Source: Felis catus (lineage: Eukaryota). Taken from it: 64,000 nt of DNA. The notes below the pieces were generated by a model. That model had not been told where the DNA came from, searched no databases, and worked only from the letters and a program-made list of their open reading frames with translations. The stretch is from assembly GCF_018350175.1 (NCBI RefSeq), contig NC_058368.1, forward strand, positions 117,802,001 through 117,866,000, given 5' to 3'. The translations under genes were made by a program, and so were the position numbers. Positions 25,680 to 38,469 of the stretch are shown here, piece by piece. Numbering within the stretch: the first letter of the stretch is position 1; each line of letters begins with the position of its first letter.

Positions 25680-25751
25680 CCATATTCATATTCATATCCA
25701 TGTCCATATCCATATCCATATCCATATCCATATCCATATCCATATCCATAT
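25680..25751 (+). repeat. (CCATAT)12 hexanucleotide repeat, with variant units near the left end
   Basis: ccatat tcatat tcatat ccatgt (ccatat)8. Confidence 0.95.
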
Positions 25752-25944
25752 AATTGGTAACTATTTCTAAGCCTCACATTTAACTCTTACCTGCCAAAGA
25801 TTCAAAAGTTAATTCTTTTGGGTTGCCATGGTTCTCCTTACAAAGGGTGCCCAAATCACCCATAGATTTCCCCTAATCCATTGATGCCCATATATCCTGA
25901 GGGGACAGACTTCTTTCTCTCTCTCTGTCTCTCTGTCTCTTCCC

Positions 25945-26050
25945 CTTTTAATTCTTTTAAAGTGATCTCTGTTTCCAGTGTGGGGTTCAGATTTATAACC
26001 CTGAAGTCAAGAGTTGCATGTTCAACTGACTGAGCCAGACAGGTACCCCC
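25945..26050 (-). mobile_element. Short old-type Can-SINE
   Basis: gtgatctct...tcaactgactgagccagacaggtacccc. Confidence 0.8.
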
Positions 26051-27651
26051 TTATTTCTCTTTTTTAAAAAATAATAGATTCTATAGGTCTAGGCAAATGG
26101 TAGCTTTGAATTTCTGAATGGACCAAGATCACACTTCTATTCTCTTCATTCTTCAGTTAGAAGGAAATTTCAATGTTTATTAGGGGATTGCACACCTTCC
26201 TCATCTTGTTTCTAACACATAACCAGTAACAGCCGGGTTCGGAAGAAAGCCTGAACTTCTCAGTTTTCCTGTATTGTTAGAGACTGTGTTGAGTGGCTTT
26301 TGTTCATAAAAATTGGTATTGTTTTGTTTGGATTTTTAAAACTGTCTGAAGTGTTTTATAGGAGTATTCTAAATGTAAAACAAAGTATGGGATTATGATT
26401 TGCAGTAGGCAGTCCTTAGTACTAATGCTGATGGAATTGTGAAGGGACATTCTAGGCCCCTGCGATTCTCTGTATTTTGGGGTCAGAAGCCTTATTGTGC
26501 TTTAGGAGTTGTCAGAAACTTAGAGCATCTCCCGGTGAAGGGCATCTTAAGTTTCTTTTCTTTTCTATCTGACTTTGCTAGTCTAGTTGATTTGAAATCA
26601 TTTCTGACATGCCCAGAGGATTCAGAGCTCTAAATTAGGGGTTTGGAGGCTTAGAGCCGCATTTAGAATTCTAATGACTTCCTTACTAATTGTCAGTATC
26701 CCCAGAGTGAATCTGAAAAGCCATAATATCCCATGGGACTGAATTTCCTTTGTCCATTGACAGGGATAAGAACTGTTCATCTAGATCCAAATGTAGAATG
26801 TTTCTCTAGTTGAGAGGAAATTTAATTTAGTTTGAAGTTGTGCTAGCAAACCATCATGTAAGATGTGAAGATTTTATTTTCTTTCACTGAGACTTCTTAA
26901 CTTTCTTTGATATATATATGTCACTAGTTAAAAGCTAGCTGTAGGCTTACTTTTTGCCAGAAAGACACAGGTAGGTACTTTTTAAAATAGCTTTGCCGTA
27001 ACAGAAAAATAACTTAATTCCCATGCTGTTCTAAGGTCTGCCATTTTACTGGAAAAGGGTACAAGAATAGTGACTTTTCTGTTCAGGTGACCCAAAATAC
27101 AGGACACACAAACAAACAAACCTTGAAATGACCCAGAAGGCCTCTTTCTAATCAGCCAAAGTAGATGTTACAAAAGCCGAACAGTGAGGCTCATGTACTG
27201 CTATCATAGGGCAGCTCTCAGGTTCCCTTTTGGAGCTCGTTTAAGCTTAAAAAGGAAATCTGGTCTCCTGCCCCACAGCAAGAAAAGCCAGAAGGAACTG
27301 CTAAATGTAGGCCCGGTGGCCTCAAGAAGTGAGTGACTGTGAGGAAGCAGAAAAACAGAACATTCCTTCTGTATTGTTTCCAAAGAAACAGATACCTTTC
27401 AGAAACCTCTTTATCTGAAATGGTCAAAAATGTCGTGTTCATACTTTTTCTTATTTACCATTTTACTGGAAAATAAATTTTTATGGAGTACCACTTCCTC
27501 TGATGCTGCCAAGGAACTGAGGGTTTAGCTGCAGTAGTTGGAATGTGGTAGCACAGTGAACTGGTATCAGATGCTGCTCCAGAAGCACTTGTGCCTGTGA
27601 AGCCCAAAAGATTTTAAATTGTTATTTTAACCACATAGAAAATAGGAGGGA

Positions 27652-27865
27652 GGGGCACCTGGGTGGCTCCGTCGGTGAAACATCCGACTTCGGCTCAGGT
27701 CATGATCTCGCGGTCCGTGAGTTCGAGCCCTGCGTCGGGCTCTGTGCTGTCAGTTCAGAGCCTGGAGCCCGTTTCGGATTCTGTGTCTCCGTCTCTCTCT
27801 GACCCTCCCCCCGTTCATACTCTGTCTCTCTCTGTCAAAAAATGAATAAACGTTAAAAAAAAATT
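27652..27865 (+). mobile_element. Can-SINE
   Basis: TSD aaaataggaggga. Confidence 0.95.
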
Positions 27866-28156
27866 AAAATAGGAGGGAAAAGTTTGTAAGCCCTGGCATT
27901 AATGAGATAGGATGCTTTACAATTAGATAATGATTCCTGTGACCTGTACCTATTAGTTACCAGATATGTAAAATTCCCCCCATATGATGCTATTTTTCCT
28001 TTTCTCTGATGTTTCCCTTTCTATAATCTTCTCCCTCCTCCTTAATGCTTCTTTTAATTTATTAAAGGAAGTTCACCCCAAGTTAAAGTTAGATTTGTTG
28101 GACTATGTCGTCAAGTAGCAAGACAGTAGAACTGTTTTCAGTGGAATTAAAAAAAA

Positions 28157-28372
28157 ATTTTATTTTAATATTTTTATTTTATCTTTGAGAGAGAGAGAGA
28201 CAGTGCGTGAGCAGGGGAGGGCCAGAGAGACAGGGAGACACAGAATCCGAAGCAGGCTCCCGGCTCTGAGCTGTCGGCGCAGAGCCCGATGCGGGGCCTG
28301 AACCCAGGAACCGTGAGATCATGACCTGAGCCAAAGTCAGACACTTAACCGACTGAGCCACCCAGGCACCCC
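28157..28372 (-). mobile_element. Can-SINE
   Basis: TSD agtggaatt. Confidence 0.94.
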
Positions 28373-29096
28373 AGTGGAATTTTTGCTAAAAAAAGTTCAC
28401 ATAACATTCAAGAAGAAATGGTGGTTTTCCTCTTGACACTAAATGATCTGTAGGCTGATGGTTCCTTTTGTTTCTGAAGTGATCCGATCTACAGTTTAGT
28501 AATGATGTCCAGAGTCCCTAACAGCCTTCTGTCTTCCAGTTGTGTTCCACCATTGTTTTTGTGACACCTTGTGAGTCAAGTCTGTCTGGACAGGCCTCCA
28601 GGTTTAAGGGAGCAGTAATAATTTTCATTTGGAGCCTGTATAGTGATTGGGATCACCCACTATTAACCTATCTAGACTCTTTTAGTGGAATTTTATTGTT
28701 TGCTGGGTGGTTCTGACTTTGAGGGATCTAATCGACCTCTGTGGAAGCAGCATGATCTAAGGCAAGTGGTCAGATCGTTATTCTAGTGTTTTAATGAATA
28801 AGAACTCTTACATCATTTTTCATCTGTTAATGGAAATTAATAAAGCTGAAGTTACGTAAAATTGTAGTAAGTCTAGCCTCATTGCAAAAACCTCCACTTG
28901 ACATAGGCCTCCTGATACACTTTTTGCTTCTGCTTGGTTTTTAGAGTTCCTTATGTTCTCATGTCTTTGTCACTGTACATTCTGAGGTCTCTCATTCTAA
29001 AGAAAAGTTGTTCTTGTGTCACTATTACTGGTTTACTTGAATACCAACTGAATTTGGAATTTGGAAAAATATGAACAGTTTAAAAAACCATATATT

Positions 29097-29316
29097 GGGG
29101 CGCCTGGGTGGCGCAGTCGGTTAAGCGTCCGACTTCAGCCAGGTCACGATCTCGCGGTCCGTGAGTTCGAGCCCCGCGTCGGGCTCTGGGCTGATGGCTC
29201 AGAACCTGGAGCCTGTTTCTGATTCTGTGTCTCCCTCTCTCTCTGACCCTCCCCCGTTCATGCTCTGTCTGTCTCTGTCCCAAAAATAAGTAAACGTTGA
29301 AAAAAAATTTTTTTTT
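29097..29316 (+). mobile_element. Very young Can-SINE
   Basis: CpG-intact; TSD aaaaaccatatatt. Confidence 0.97.
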
Positions 29317-29706
29317 AAAAACCATATATTGATTTCCTCTGTTGTAGCTTCTCTGCATTTTGTCAGCCTTTTAAAGATTTATGCAGTAGTCTAATCAGAA
29401 AAGATAGAAAAGAAAGGGCTAGTTCTAGCTTTTACAGTAACCTGGACAGATAGAAAAGTAAGCTAAGGGTCTCCATATGAGCCCATCCAACTCTCTCTTG
29501 GTGCATGATACCACACAGTTGTTTCTCAAATATTTATGAAGTAGTGTGTGTGTCTTCAGTGTTGTTGTGTGTTTTTTTTGCATTAATATAGGGAGTCACT
29601 TGTACGTTTTCCTGTTAATTCCATGAAAACTAAAATGATTAATTATGCCAAAACAGAAATGCCTCAAAGTATTGTATGAAAACTGCATTTAAAATACAGA
29701 ATATAT

Positions 29707-29897
29707 GGGGCACATGGGTGGCTCAGTCAGTTAAACATCTGACTCTTGATTTCGGCTCAGGTCAAGAGCCCTGAGTCAGGCTCTGTGTTAACAGCCCAGA
29801 GCCTACTTGGGATTCTCTCTCTCCCTCCCTCTCTGTCCTTCCCCCAATGCTCTCCCTCTTGTTCTCTCTCTCAAAATAAATAAATAAACTTAAAAAT
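29707..29897 (+). mobile_element. Can-SINE with an internal deletion
   Basis: head jumps from ctcaggtca to gagccc, missing about 20 nt. Confidence 0.88.
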
Positions 29898-29973
29898 AAT
29901 ATGCAGTATATGGGCATTGTTTTGAGAGTGTTTATTTCAGTCATGTATATTCCTTTTTAAAAATCAGTTTTTT

Positions 29974-30187
29974 GGGGTCCCTGGGTGGTTCTGTCCATTA
30001 AGTGTCTGACTTCATTCAGCTCAGGTCATGATCTTGTGTTCATGAGTTCGAGCCCGTCTCGGGCTCTGTGCTGACAGCTTAGAGCCTGGAGCCTGCTTCG
30101 GATTCTGTATCTCCCTCTCTCTTTGCCCCTCCCCGGCTCGCACTATGTCTCTCTCTCTCTCTCAAAAATAAATAAACATTTAAAAAA
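29974..30187 (+). mobile_element. Can-SINE
   Basis: TSD aaaaat(c/t)agttt. Confidence 0.92.
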
Positions 30188-31561
30188 TTAGTTTCTTTAT
30201 CAAATTTTTTCAGAAATATATGCCCCACAATACATTGACTTTTTTGTCTGATTGATTGAAAGAAGTATCTGTGATACCTGTGAGTTTACAGTTACTCTTT
30301 AACTTTGCGGTGCTCTAAGTACAGCATGACATCATTGGTGTCCTTTGTGGAAATCTTCCTTGTGTGAGATCTGGCAGAATTGGCAGGGTAAACAGGAGCT
30401 TCAGGTGTATTAGGAAAATTACCTGTGCACTTGGATTCTACCGTCTCTTAGTCCCCAAGTTTCAGTCATTGCTGTGGAGGTTAAGTGCAGGATGAAGGAA
30501 GTGTTACTTGCATTTCATTATGTTGTTAGGACGTTTGGAGAGACAGATCGATCCCTGGCTTCGTGGGCTTTAGAGAAAGCATTCAAGTTCTTCCTAGTTC
30601 TAGAGTCCTTGGTAACTTTAAGAACTGAAATGTTAATGTTTATTGAATAGTATGATGTCAGTGTATAGTAATCTTAAAGCTATGTTAAAATCTACTTGTG
30701 TCTGCAAACATCCTGCCTTCTTTTGTGACTACATCCTTCTCTTGGCCAAAATAACAAGCTAACTAGAGTTTCAATATTCAATATCCTTCTCTGGCAGATG
30801 TTTTCTGGCAAAGGCCTTCCTGCGTTTATGAATTCTCTCTCAAGAAGCAAGAGAACACCTGCAGGAAGTGAATCAAGATGCAGAACACAGAGGAATAATC
30901 ACCTGCTTTAAAAAAATAAAGTACTGTTGAAAAAGATCATTTCTCTTTATTTGTTCCTAGGTGTAAAATTTTAATAGTTAATGCAAAATTCCATAAACTT
31001 TGAATCATTAGTGGTTAATGTTTGAAAAAGCTCTCGCAATCAAGTATGTGATGTATTAATAATGCCTTATCTATTGTTTGTAGTTATTTTAAATAGCATG
31101 AGCCTTGTCCCTGTAGTCAGTAGGGGGCAATCTTGCTTTATTCATCCTCCATCTCAAAATGAACTTGGAATTAAGTATTTTAGTGTAAGATATGTATAAT
31201 GCTGGCCATTTTAAAAGGGATTTTCTCAAAAGTTCAGATTTTTGTTATGACTGCATTTCTACGCATAATCCATACTTGCTGTTAAAATTAATCTAGAAAT
31301 TTATTCAGTTGTACTGTGAACACCTGGAAGCAAAATCATAGTGCAAAATGCATTTAAGGTGTCGTCAGGATTAAGTTAAGTTCTTAATTGGTGAATAATA
31401 AGCATTAATTTTTTATAGTCTGTATTCTAAATTTTGCAGTACCTTATTGTTCTGTGTTATGTACCTAAGAAATTGTAAAGGTGTTGTCACTATAAAATAA
31501 AAAGGACAATTGCAGCTTAATTACTAAAATACAGTTGATACTTTATTATTAAGAGTCCTAC

Positions 31562-31706
<145 letters not shown>

Positions 31707-31941
31707 TTTGTCTCCTGATGATTAGGCCAGGGGCTGGAGTAGGGAGGGTATTAGATACTAAGGAGCAAAGAAAGAATTAGTTTGGAACTTTTGAGATGAT
31801 CCCTAACATACTGTAGTACTACTTGCTTTTATAATGTGTTAGCAGAAACCGATGAGTTATAAATGTAGAATGATGTGCTTTCTGCCAAGTGGTAATTCAC
31901 CTTGGTTTGCTATGTTAAAACTGTAAATACAACAGAACATT

Positions 31942-31947
31942 AATAAA
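31942..31947 (+). terminator. Proximal polyadenylation signal AATAAA
   Basis: AATAAA preceded by TGTA elements (31864, 31922) and followed by a GU/U-rich tract (gtgtttaatttcttggttttg). Confidence 0.75.
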
Positions 31948-33601
31948 CGTCTCTTGTGTAGCAACTTCTGCTGTAGATTAGTGTTTAATTTCTTGGTTTG
32001 CATTTGTTCATTGCCAAGGCAATTTTTTTCTAATCTTTATTCATACAGATTCATGCAGAATCATTCATTAAATTAAAAAAAAAATTGGTTTGGAGCCAAT
32101 TTTTTTCTTTTTCTTTTTTTTTCAGCACAAAAAGTTCCCTTCTGTTATTCTCAGTACATTCCTAAAGATGTATGTGAAAATTGGTTCTGCAAAAGATAAT
32201 GGACTAAATACAGAAGAGTTGTAGAGATCTTAAATCACTCCAGAACTCCCAATTATGCTTCATTTTTTAGACCTAATCCTAGATAGTTTATTTCCAATAT
32301 TTTCTGCATGTTTCTTGCCTTTGCTCTTTTTCTCATTTGAGCACTATCCACTAGTTTAAGCCCTATGAGAACCCAGCTGAGGCGAAAGACTCCTCATTCC
32401 TCCGTTTCTATTCTTGTCCCAGTTGTGTTAAATTTAAAGTCCCATGGTTCTTACAATGTCAGCCATTTGATGTGTCCCCCCCTTCTTCCACTTACTAAAT
32501 AAAATATAAAGAACAAATGCAGCATGCAGCAAGATGGTCATGTAACTCACAGATCACCAGCGTGTATGGCAGCTGCAAATGTTCTTTTATCTCCTGCATG
32601 CAAATATCTGGGATCAGCCTCAGAAGTCTGTTTAGGGGTGTCAATATGTAATGCATAGAAGTGTAGGTTGTTTGAGAGCTAAATAGGAGAATTGAGGGCC
32701 TCCTGGATGGACATTTCAATGATCATTCCAACTTGTTTGTTATTTGTAATAGTTATATATTCTTGTTCAAAAGTTATATTTTGCAGTAGATAAGCAGGGG
32801 GTTTTAATGAAAGTCTCTTTGACTCTCTTTGAAGATTTTTACATTTTGAATTAGATTATGCCAACAATATAATTTGGAAAATTTTATAGCCTATATCGTG
32901 TTCTAAGTTTAAGAATGAATATATCTCCAACAATCATAATAAATCGGGACACATGCAAGAGAGAACTATTGAAATTATCTTACAGGACAAAATAGAAGGT
33001 CTCTAAACCACATAAACTGGAACATTATAAACTCGCTTTGTGTTTAATCTTTAGGTCCTTGTGCCTTATTTGGTTTTGTATATTCAAAGGACTAAAATAT
33101 TTGGAATTTCTATTTCTACATATTTGGTGGTCCTTAAGACTTTGTCACATGTAAATCTATAGTTTGACATGCTTTCAAAGTACTTAGAAGGATGATTTCT
33201 CCTTTTTCTTTTAAATGTTCTAAATATTAAGGTCTTTTCAGACTTGTCAAGTTGGTACCATTTGATACCTAGAGTCCTTAACTATTAGGATGGAAATATT
33301 TATCCTGTACTATTTTCGTTTTTCTCTCTCGTTCTTTTCTGTCTCCCTTCGGTAGTTTCATTATTAAGAATAACCCTTTCATATAAACTATTTGAAAGGG
33401 GATACTGAGGAACCATTTATTTGGCTAAGGTGATGGAGTAAACTGCCCTTGATCCCGAACTAAGGGACAACTAGGGCTTACCTATGACCACAGAGGTCCC
33501 TCATGCCTCTTACTTCTGTTCATTTGGAATTATACAAACTATGTTTAAAGGATTCTGTGTAGCAGTTTCTTTTTTCAGAAAATTAGATTGCTTTGTGTGG
33601 G

Positions 33602-33607
33602 AATAAA
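33602..33607 (+). terminator. Distal polyadenylation signal AATAAA (ATTAAA also at 33613)
   Basis: gAATAAAaagttATTAAAatc at the end of the AU-rich block, with U-rich sequence downstream. Confidence 0.6.
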
Positions 33608-36600
33608 AAGTTATTAAAATCTACTTGTTAAAAAATTATGAGTGAATATCTTTACTATTGGGGTCAATTTTGTTTACAGTTTTAAAGAAAACAAGATTTT
33701 TAAGGAAGTAAATGATAATACTTAAAATTTTTTGTTTGTTCGTTTTCTCGTTAAGTATGACTTGGGCTCTGGCCCACCACGAGTCATTCGTGGTACATAG
33801 GAAACTTCTTTTGACCTTCACTATATTCTTCTACTAGAATATACTTTACTTAGCCATAAATTGTTTATATTTAAAGGAAGAAATAACTACTGAAAGGGAG
33901 TTTCAGGGCCAGGAGAAGTGAAAATTCAGTTTAAGTGGTTGCTGAGGTGGCAAGATTCTGAGGTCAGAATCAACAGAAAGGTACCCCACAAATGGAGTGT
34001 TCTTTAGTTTTGAATCCAACCCTACCACCTCTTCTCTGTGTCCGACCTTGAAGGTTAATGTGGTAGATACTGGAAAAGCACTTGGCCCTGATTCCATTAT
34101 ATCCCAATAATCAAATTTTAACTTCAGACATGCCAAGGCTGGACGTAGAGACGTACGTTCTTGTAAAATGTGCGGGAATATCTTATGAACAGGAAGCTGT
34201 GGCCCCTGTGCCCTACCTGAATCTGGTTCTTGGTGAAATCTCAGTGATGGATACAGGTAAGTTGTAAGATGCAGTTTAATAATTTTCAGAATCTGCTATT
34301 GTTTTCAGCTATTTAGATTTTCACATTTTTAGGCTTTGATTTAAGAAATGATGAGAGGCGTAACAAAATGCAGATAAGCTCCTATGGATGGTTGGTGCAT
34401 TCTTAAAATTGTGTTTTGCATATTTTTAATGCCTAAATACTACTTGTAGTCTATAAGGTACATGAGGCAAATTGAGCGAGAGTGTTTGTTAAACCAATAT
34501 TGAAGTACTCTTGCTTTTGCGTATACCTGTATACCTTTGTATATGTGTATGGTTGTAGTCATTTAGAGTGCCCACAAAGAGAGAAAAAGTGTTCTTTGAG
34601 AGATAGCCTCGTAGTAATCATGGTTTTCTGTAGGCTCTGCTACTAAAGTGGAGAATATCTCAAAGAAATACACCAGGAATTCCTGGAGGGCAAAATAGGT
34701 TTAGGTTGAGAGTAAAAGGTTTTCAGGAAGAAAAGAGTTAGAGAAACTGATTTTGTATCATCTCTAATCTGAAAAGAGGCTATTTTATAACTCAGTTCAT
34801 TGTATCACCTACAGCTTGATGGCCTTATAGAAAGACCTGTTCTTATGGGAAATCTGTGAATGGAGAGTTGATCTCCTGAGGACAGTGTCCCTGTCTCTAA
34901 ATTCAAAGTAATCCAACTAATGCATGGCATTTTGATCCTTCCAGTCCTCCTGTTATTTTTAGAATTTGAAACTTGTAGAATATATCACTCAAGTTTTGGT
35001 TTAAACCCTGTTTTTACTTAAAAGTCTTTCGTCACCAAAAAGCATTGTTTTCTGATGGTGAGAGTTTTAACTCTTAAGTTCAGTTGGTGAATTACTAAGA
35101 TGTAAACTGAAAGGCAAATCTCTTAAACCTGAATAGAGAATATATGAAATATAGGGAATTCTCTTGCATTTTGCCAGTTTCATCCAAGTCAGAAACTGAG
35201 ATGCATTTGTGTGAAACAGACCTCTCCCAATCCTGCTTTGTATGTTGTTCTTCCTGTTCTAAAAGTGATTAGTTTTTACCATTTATATGGGAAATGAAAT
35301 GTTTTACAAACTTCCCCATCCATGTGTGATTGCAGGTTTATAGACACCAAAGTGGTGTCCTTTAAGTCTTACAAAGATTAATGCTGAGGCTCTGAGAAGA
35401 CAGTAGTCCTTGTTCATTAGTTGTCTGGGAGTTTCAAGAGTGGTAGAGAAAGCCTGGGAAACAAGAAAATGGGTCAGAAACCTAAGACAAATCTCAAATA
35501 GAAAAGGTGATTTCTTGACACAAAGCATTATCAGCTAAACTGTACAACTAAGCACGGGCTGCCCTCTGACTATGAAACAGCCTGATTCTTCTCTGAAATT
35601 CATCCAGAGCTGCAGTGATTTTCCACCTTGCAGAGTTAGGGTTTGCATTCATGTCCCCTACTGAGAGCTGCTTCCCCCATTTAAGCCACTTACTTCCTGA
35701 GCCAAGTAGAGGATTGAAGCAACCTATTATCATAACTTGGCTAGAGTTACACTTGATGAAACCTCCTTCTTCTCTTTTGCACAACAGTTAGAAATGCCTT
35801 AAATGTCCCCTTATGTGAGGTTTTAGAAAGAATTTTGCCATCTGCTTACTGATTTCACATCTTTATTTTGATGGGACATTTCACAGGCTGTATTTGGCAG
35901 TCACTGAGTTCAGATGTCATTCTGGTTATTTGGGCATGTTCATTTCTTCTCTGATGATCAACTTGAGCGATTTTTACATTGATGATTTCTTTCCAGTTCA
36001 TATTTTAATTGGAATTTCAGATTATTAGTAAGTGAGCCACTTGATTTCTTGGATCAGTATTTTTACCAACCCTTTTATTACGAGCATCATTTGGTAGCAT
36101 GTAGTTTTTAAAAAAGTGGATATTGGTGGCCGAAAGAAGCAAAATTAGCAGTCCATGTTTTTCTAGGTTTGACTCAGTGACTCTCAAACTCTGGATCTGT
36201 GTACATATCGTCATGTATATGAGAAAAACCTTTTTTGGGGTTGTTCTGTATGTTTTCCCTGAGGCTATATGTGTGAAATGGGGTTTAATCTGTAGGTAGG
36301 TCTCCCACCCATTTTTGGCGCAAGCCCATCTGTGATTTAGCAGTTTCCTAGCTTTAGTATTGAAACAAAACTTTGTTTCTCTAACATCGATCTTGTAGAA
36401 TTATAGTCAGACTTGGTTCCTGCAGCAAGCAGTGCCATAGAGCTTCCAAATAAGGATCATGGTGGGTAAGTACTCATCTGGAGCCTTCACTTTCCATAGA
36501 AGGTTGAATAGAAGAAATTTGTAGAGCTGTGGACCTACCTACACTTAAAAGTAAGAGTTAATTTTTCATCAGAATATTTTCAGGGCATTGTTTGCTGGGT

Positions 36601-38469
36601 AAGATCAGAATTATTTTGTCTTCAAAATAGGTCTGTAGGTCTTCTCAAAGCTCATGGCTACAGTACTTTCCTCTGTTTTATAGCAGGACTGTGGGGAGGA
36701 GTATGTTTGCAGAACAACTGGGAAAGCCATAGAGAAATTAATTGCTAAAATTAATTTGGCTAAGAATGATTGTGGACTCTTCCTCGGATGTCCTTAAAAT
36801 AGAGTAGATTGTTGTCTGTTTGAAATGGTTTAAGGGTAAAGGAAAAGGAATGGATTAGCGGGCCCCTTAAAATCCCCAAGAGCTCTAGAGGTTTGTATGT
36901 GGCCTATGTCAGTGACAGATGGAGTAGTAAGTTGGACAGATGTCACATCTGCTGTTCTCAAGGCCATGCTTATTTTTAATGTGGTGACCTTATGGGAGCA
37001 TTGTCCTAGATAGTCTGCAAGAGGGAGAAGAGTGTGTCTAAACTTCTGGTAAACCTAACTTGGGAGGCATATTACCTACTACTACATAGGTTTTAGGATC
37101 AAATAAGTTACACTTTGCTCAGAATTCCAAAATGAGAAAACAAAAAGCAACCTCAAGTTTCTGAAGCCATTTTTCAAACCTTTGTATATTCTGAGGGAAT
37201 TTTGTTTAGGTGGCATTAGCAAATGTTACCTTTACGAATCCTTCCCCCAAGGGACTATGGGAGGAAGAAAGAAAGCAGATTAGGTGGGTAAGGAGGGCCC
37301 TAGAGGAAATGAAGTCTGACTTGTTAAGAAAGGACTGATAGAAGAGGGTAGCAAATCGGTTCCTTTTGTTCTTTGCTCTTGCTTTAATCCTTTAGACTCA
37401 CAGGATAAAATTGCCAGCTAATTGCTAGGAGCCTCCTATAAAAGAGGATTGGCCTAAATTGAAGAATAAACTTAGAGAGTGACTAAGGATTTTTTTTTTT
37501 TAATTCCTCCTTTATTCGGGTCACTTTTCTTTACATATGATTATGTCTCCAAGAAGTGGTTGGATACCCTCTTGAGAGGTTTTCTTTTCAAAAAAGAAAG
37601 AAAAAAGTCCCTGAAATTCCATAGACTCTCTTCCCCCTCACTGCAGCCTTTTTGTAAGAGTATGATGAACTGAATTCACTAGACAGTAGTTTAAATTAAA
37701 AAAAAAAAAAAGACAACTGTGTTGCATAGTGGCATTTTTATACAAGTGACTCATTGGTAGAAGTATATTGACCATTTTTAAGTGCAATCTGATCTTTCAG
37801 CAGGAGATATAATTGAAGTGTCAGAGAATTTAATCTGCGTACAGACACTGAGGACAAATGATTGTGTTTTTATCTTGGTGCCAGTCTCCAATCATTTCCT
37901 CATTGGGTACTTATTTTCAAATAATACCTGATCCATCCAAAAACAGTATACTAAAAATTGTCATGAAAACATATCAAGTTTTAATGGCAAGTCATGGATA
38001 CTTTTACTGCCCTTGATTTATTGCCAGGTGTATTTTCTTAGAAGGAAAGATAAATAAATGTGTTCTGCAGAAAATACGTAGTGTAAGTCAGTCCCAGTAG
38101 CGGTTAGGCTATTATTTTTTAACTAGATGGTGAAGCATTTACACACTTAGTTTATTAGTGACCTTCCCATAAAATTTTTAGGAACACAGGGCCAAGCAGA
38201 GGTCATAAGTTTATCCAAGCTGGCCTTGTGGAGCACTGCTTTGGGTGACATCACACAGCTGAAGAGAAGCCAAGACACCTGCCCCACATCTTCACATTCC
38301 AAGTGGCCTCGGCTTTACCTCCATCTACAGGGCTTTATTCCCTTCAGAAAGACTTATGGGTGAAGTTTAGATGATCACCTGTGTCCAAACTGATAAAACT
38401 ACTTTGGAAAACAAAGTTCTACTTTTATGTATTATAAATCCTTGTGCCTTGGCTTTTTTGTTTTAAATC

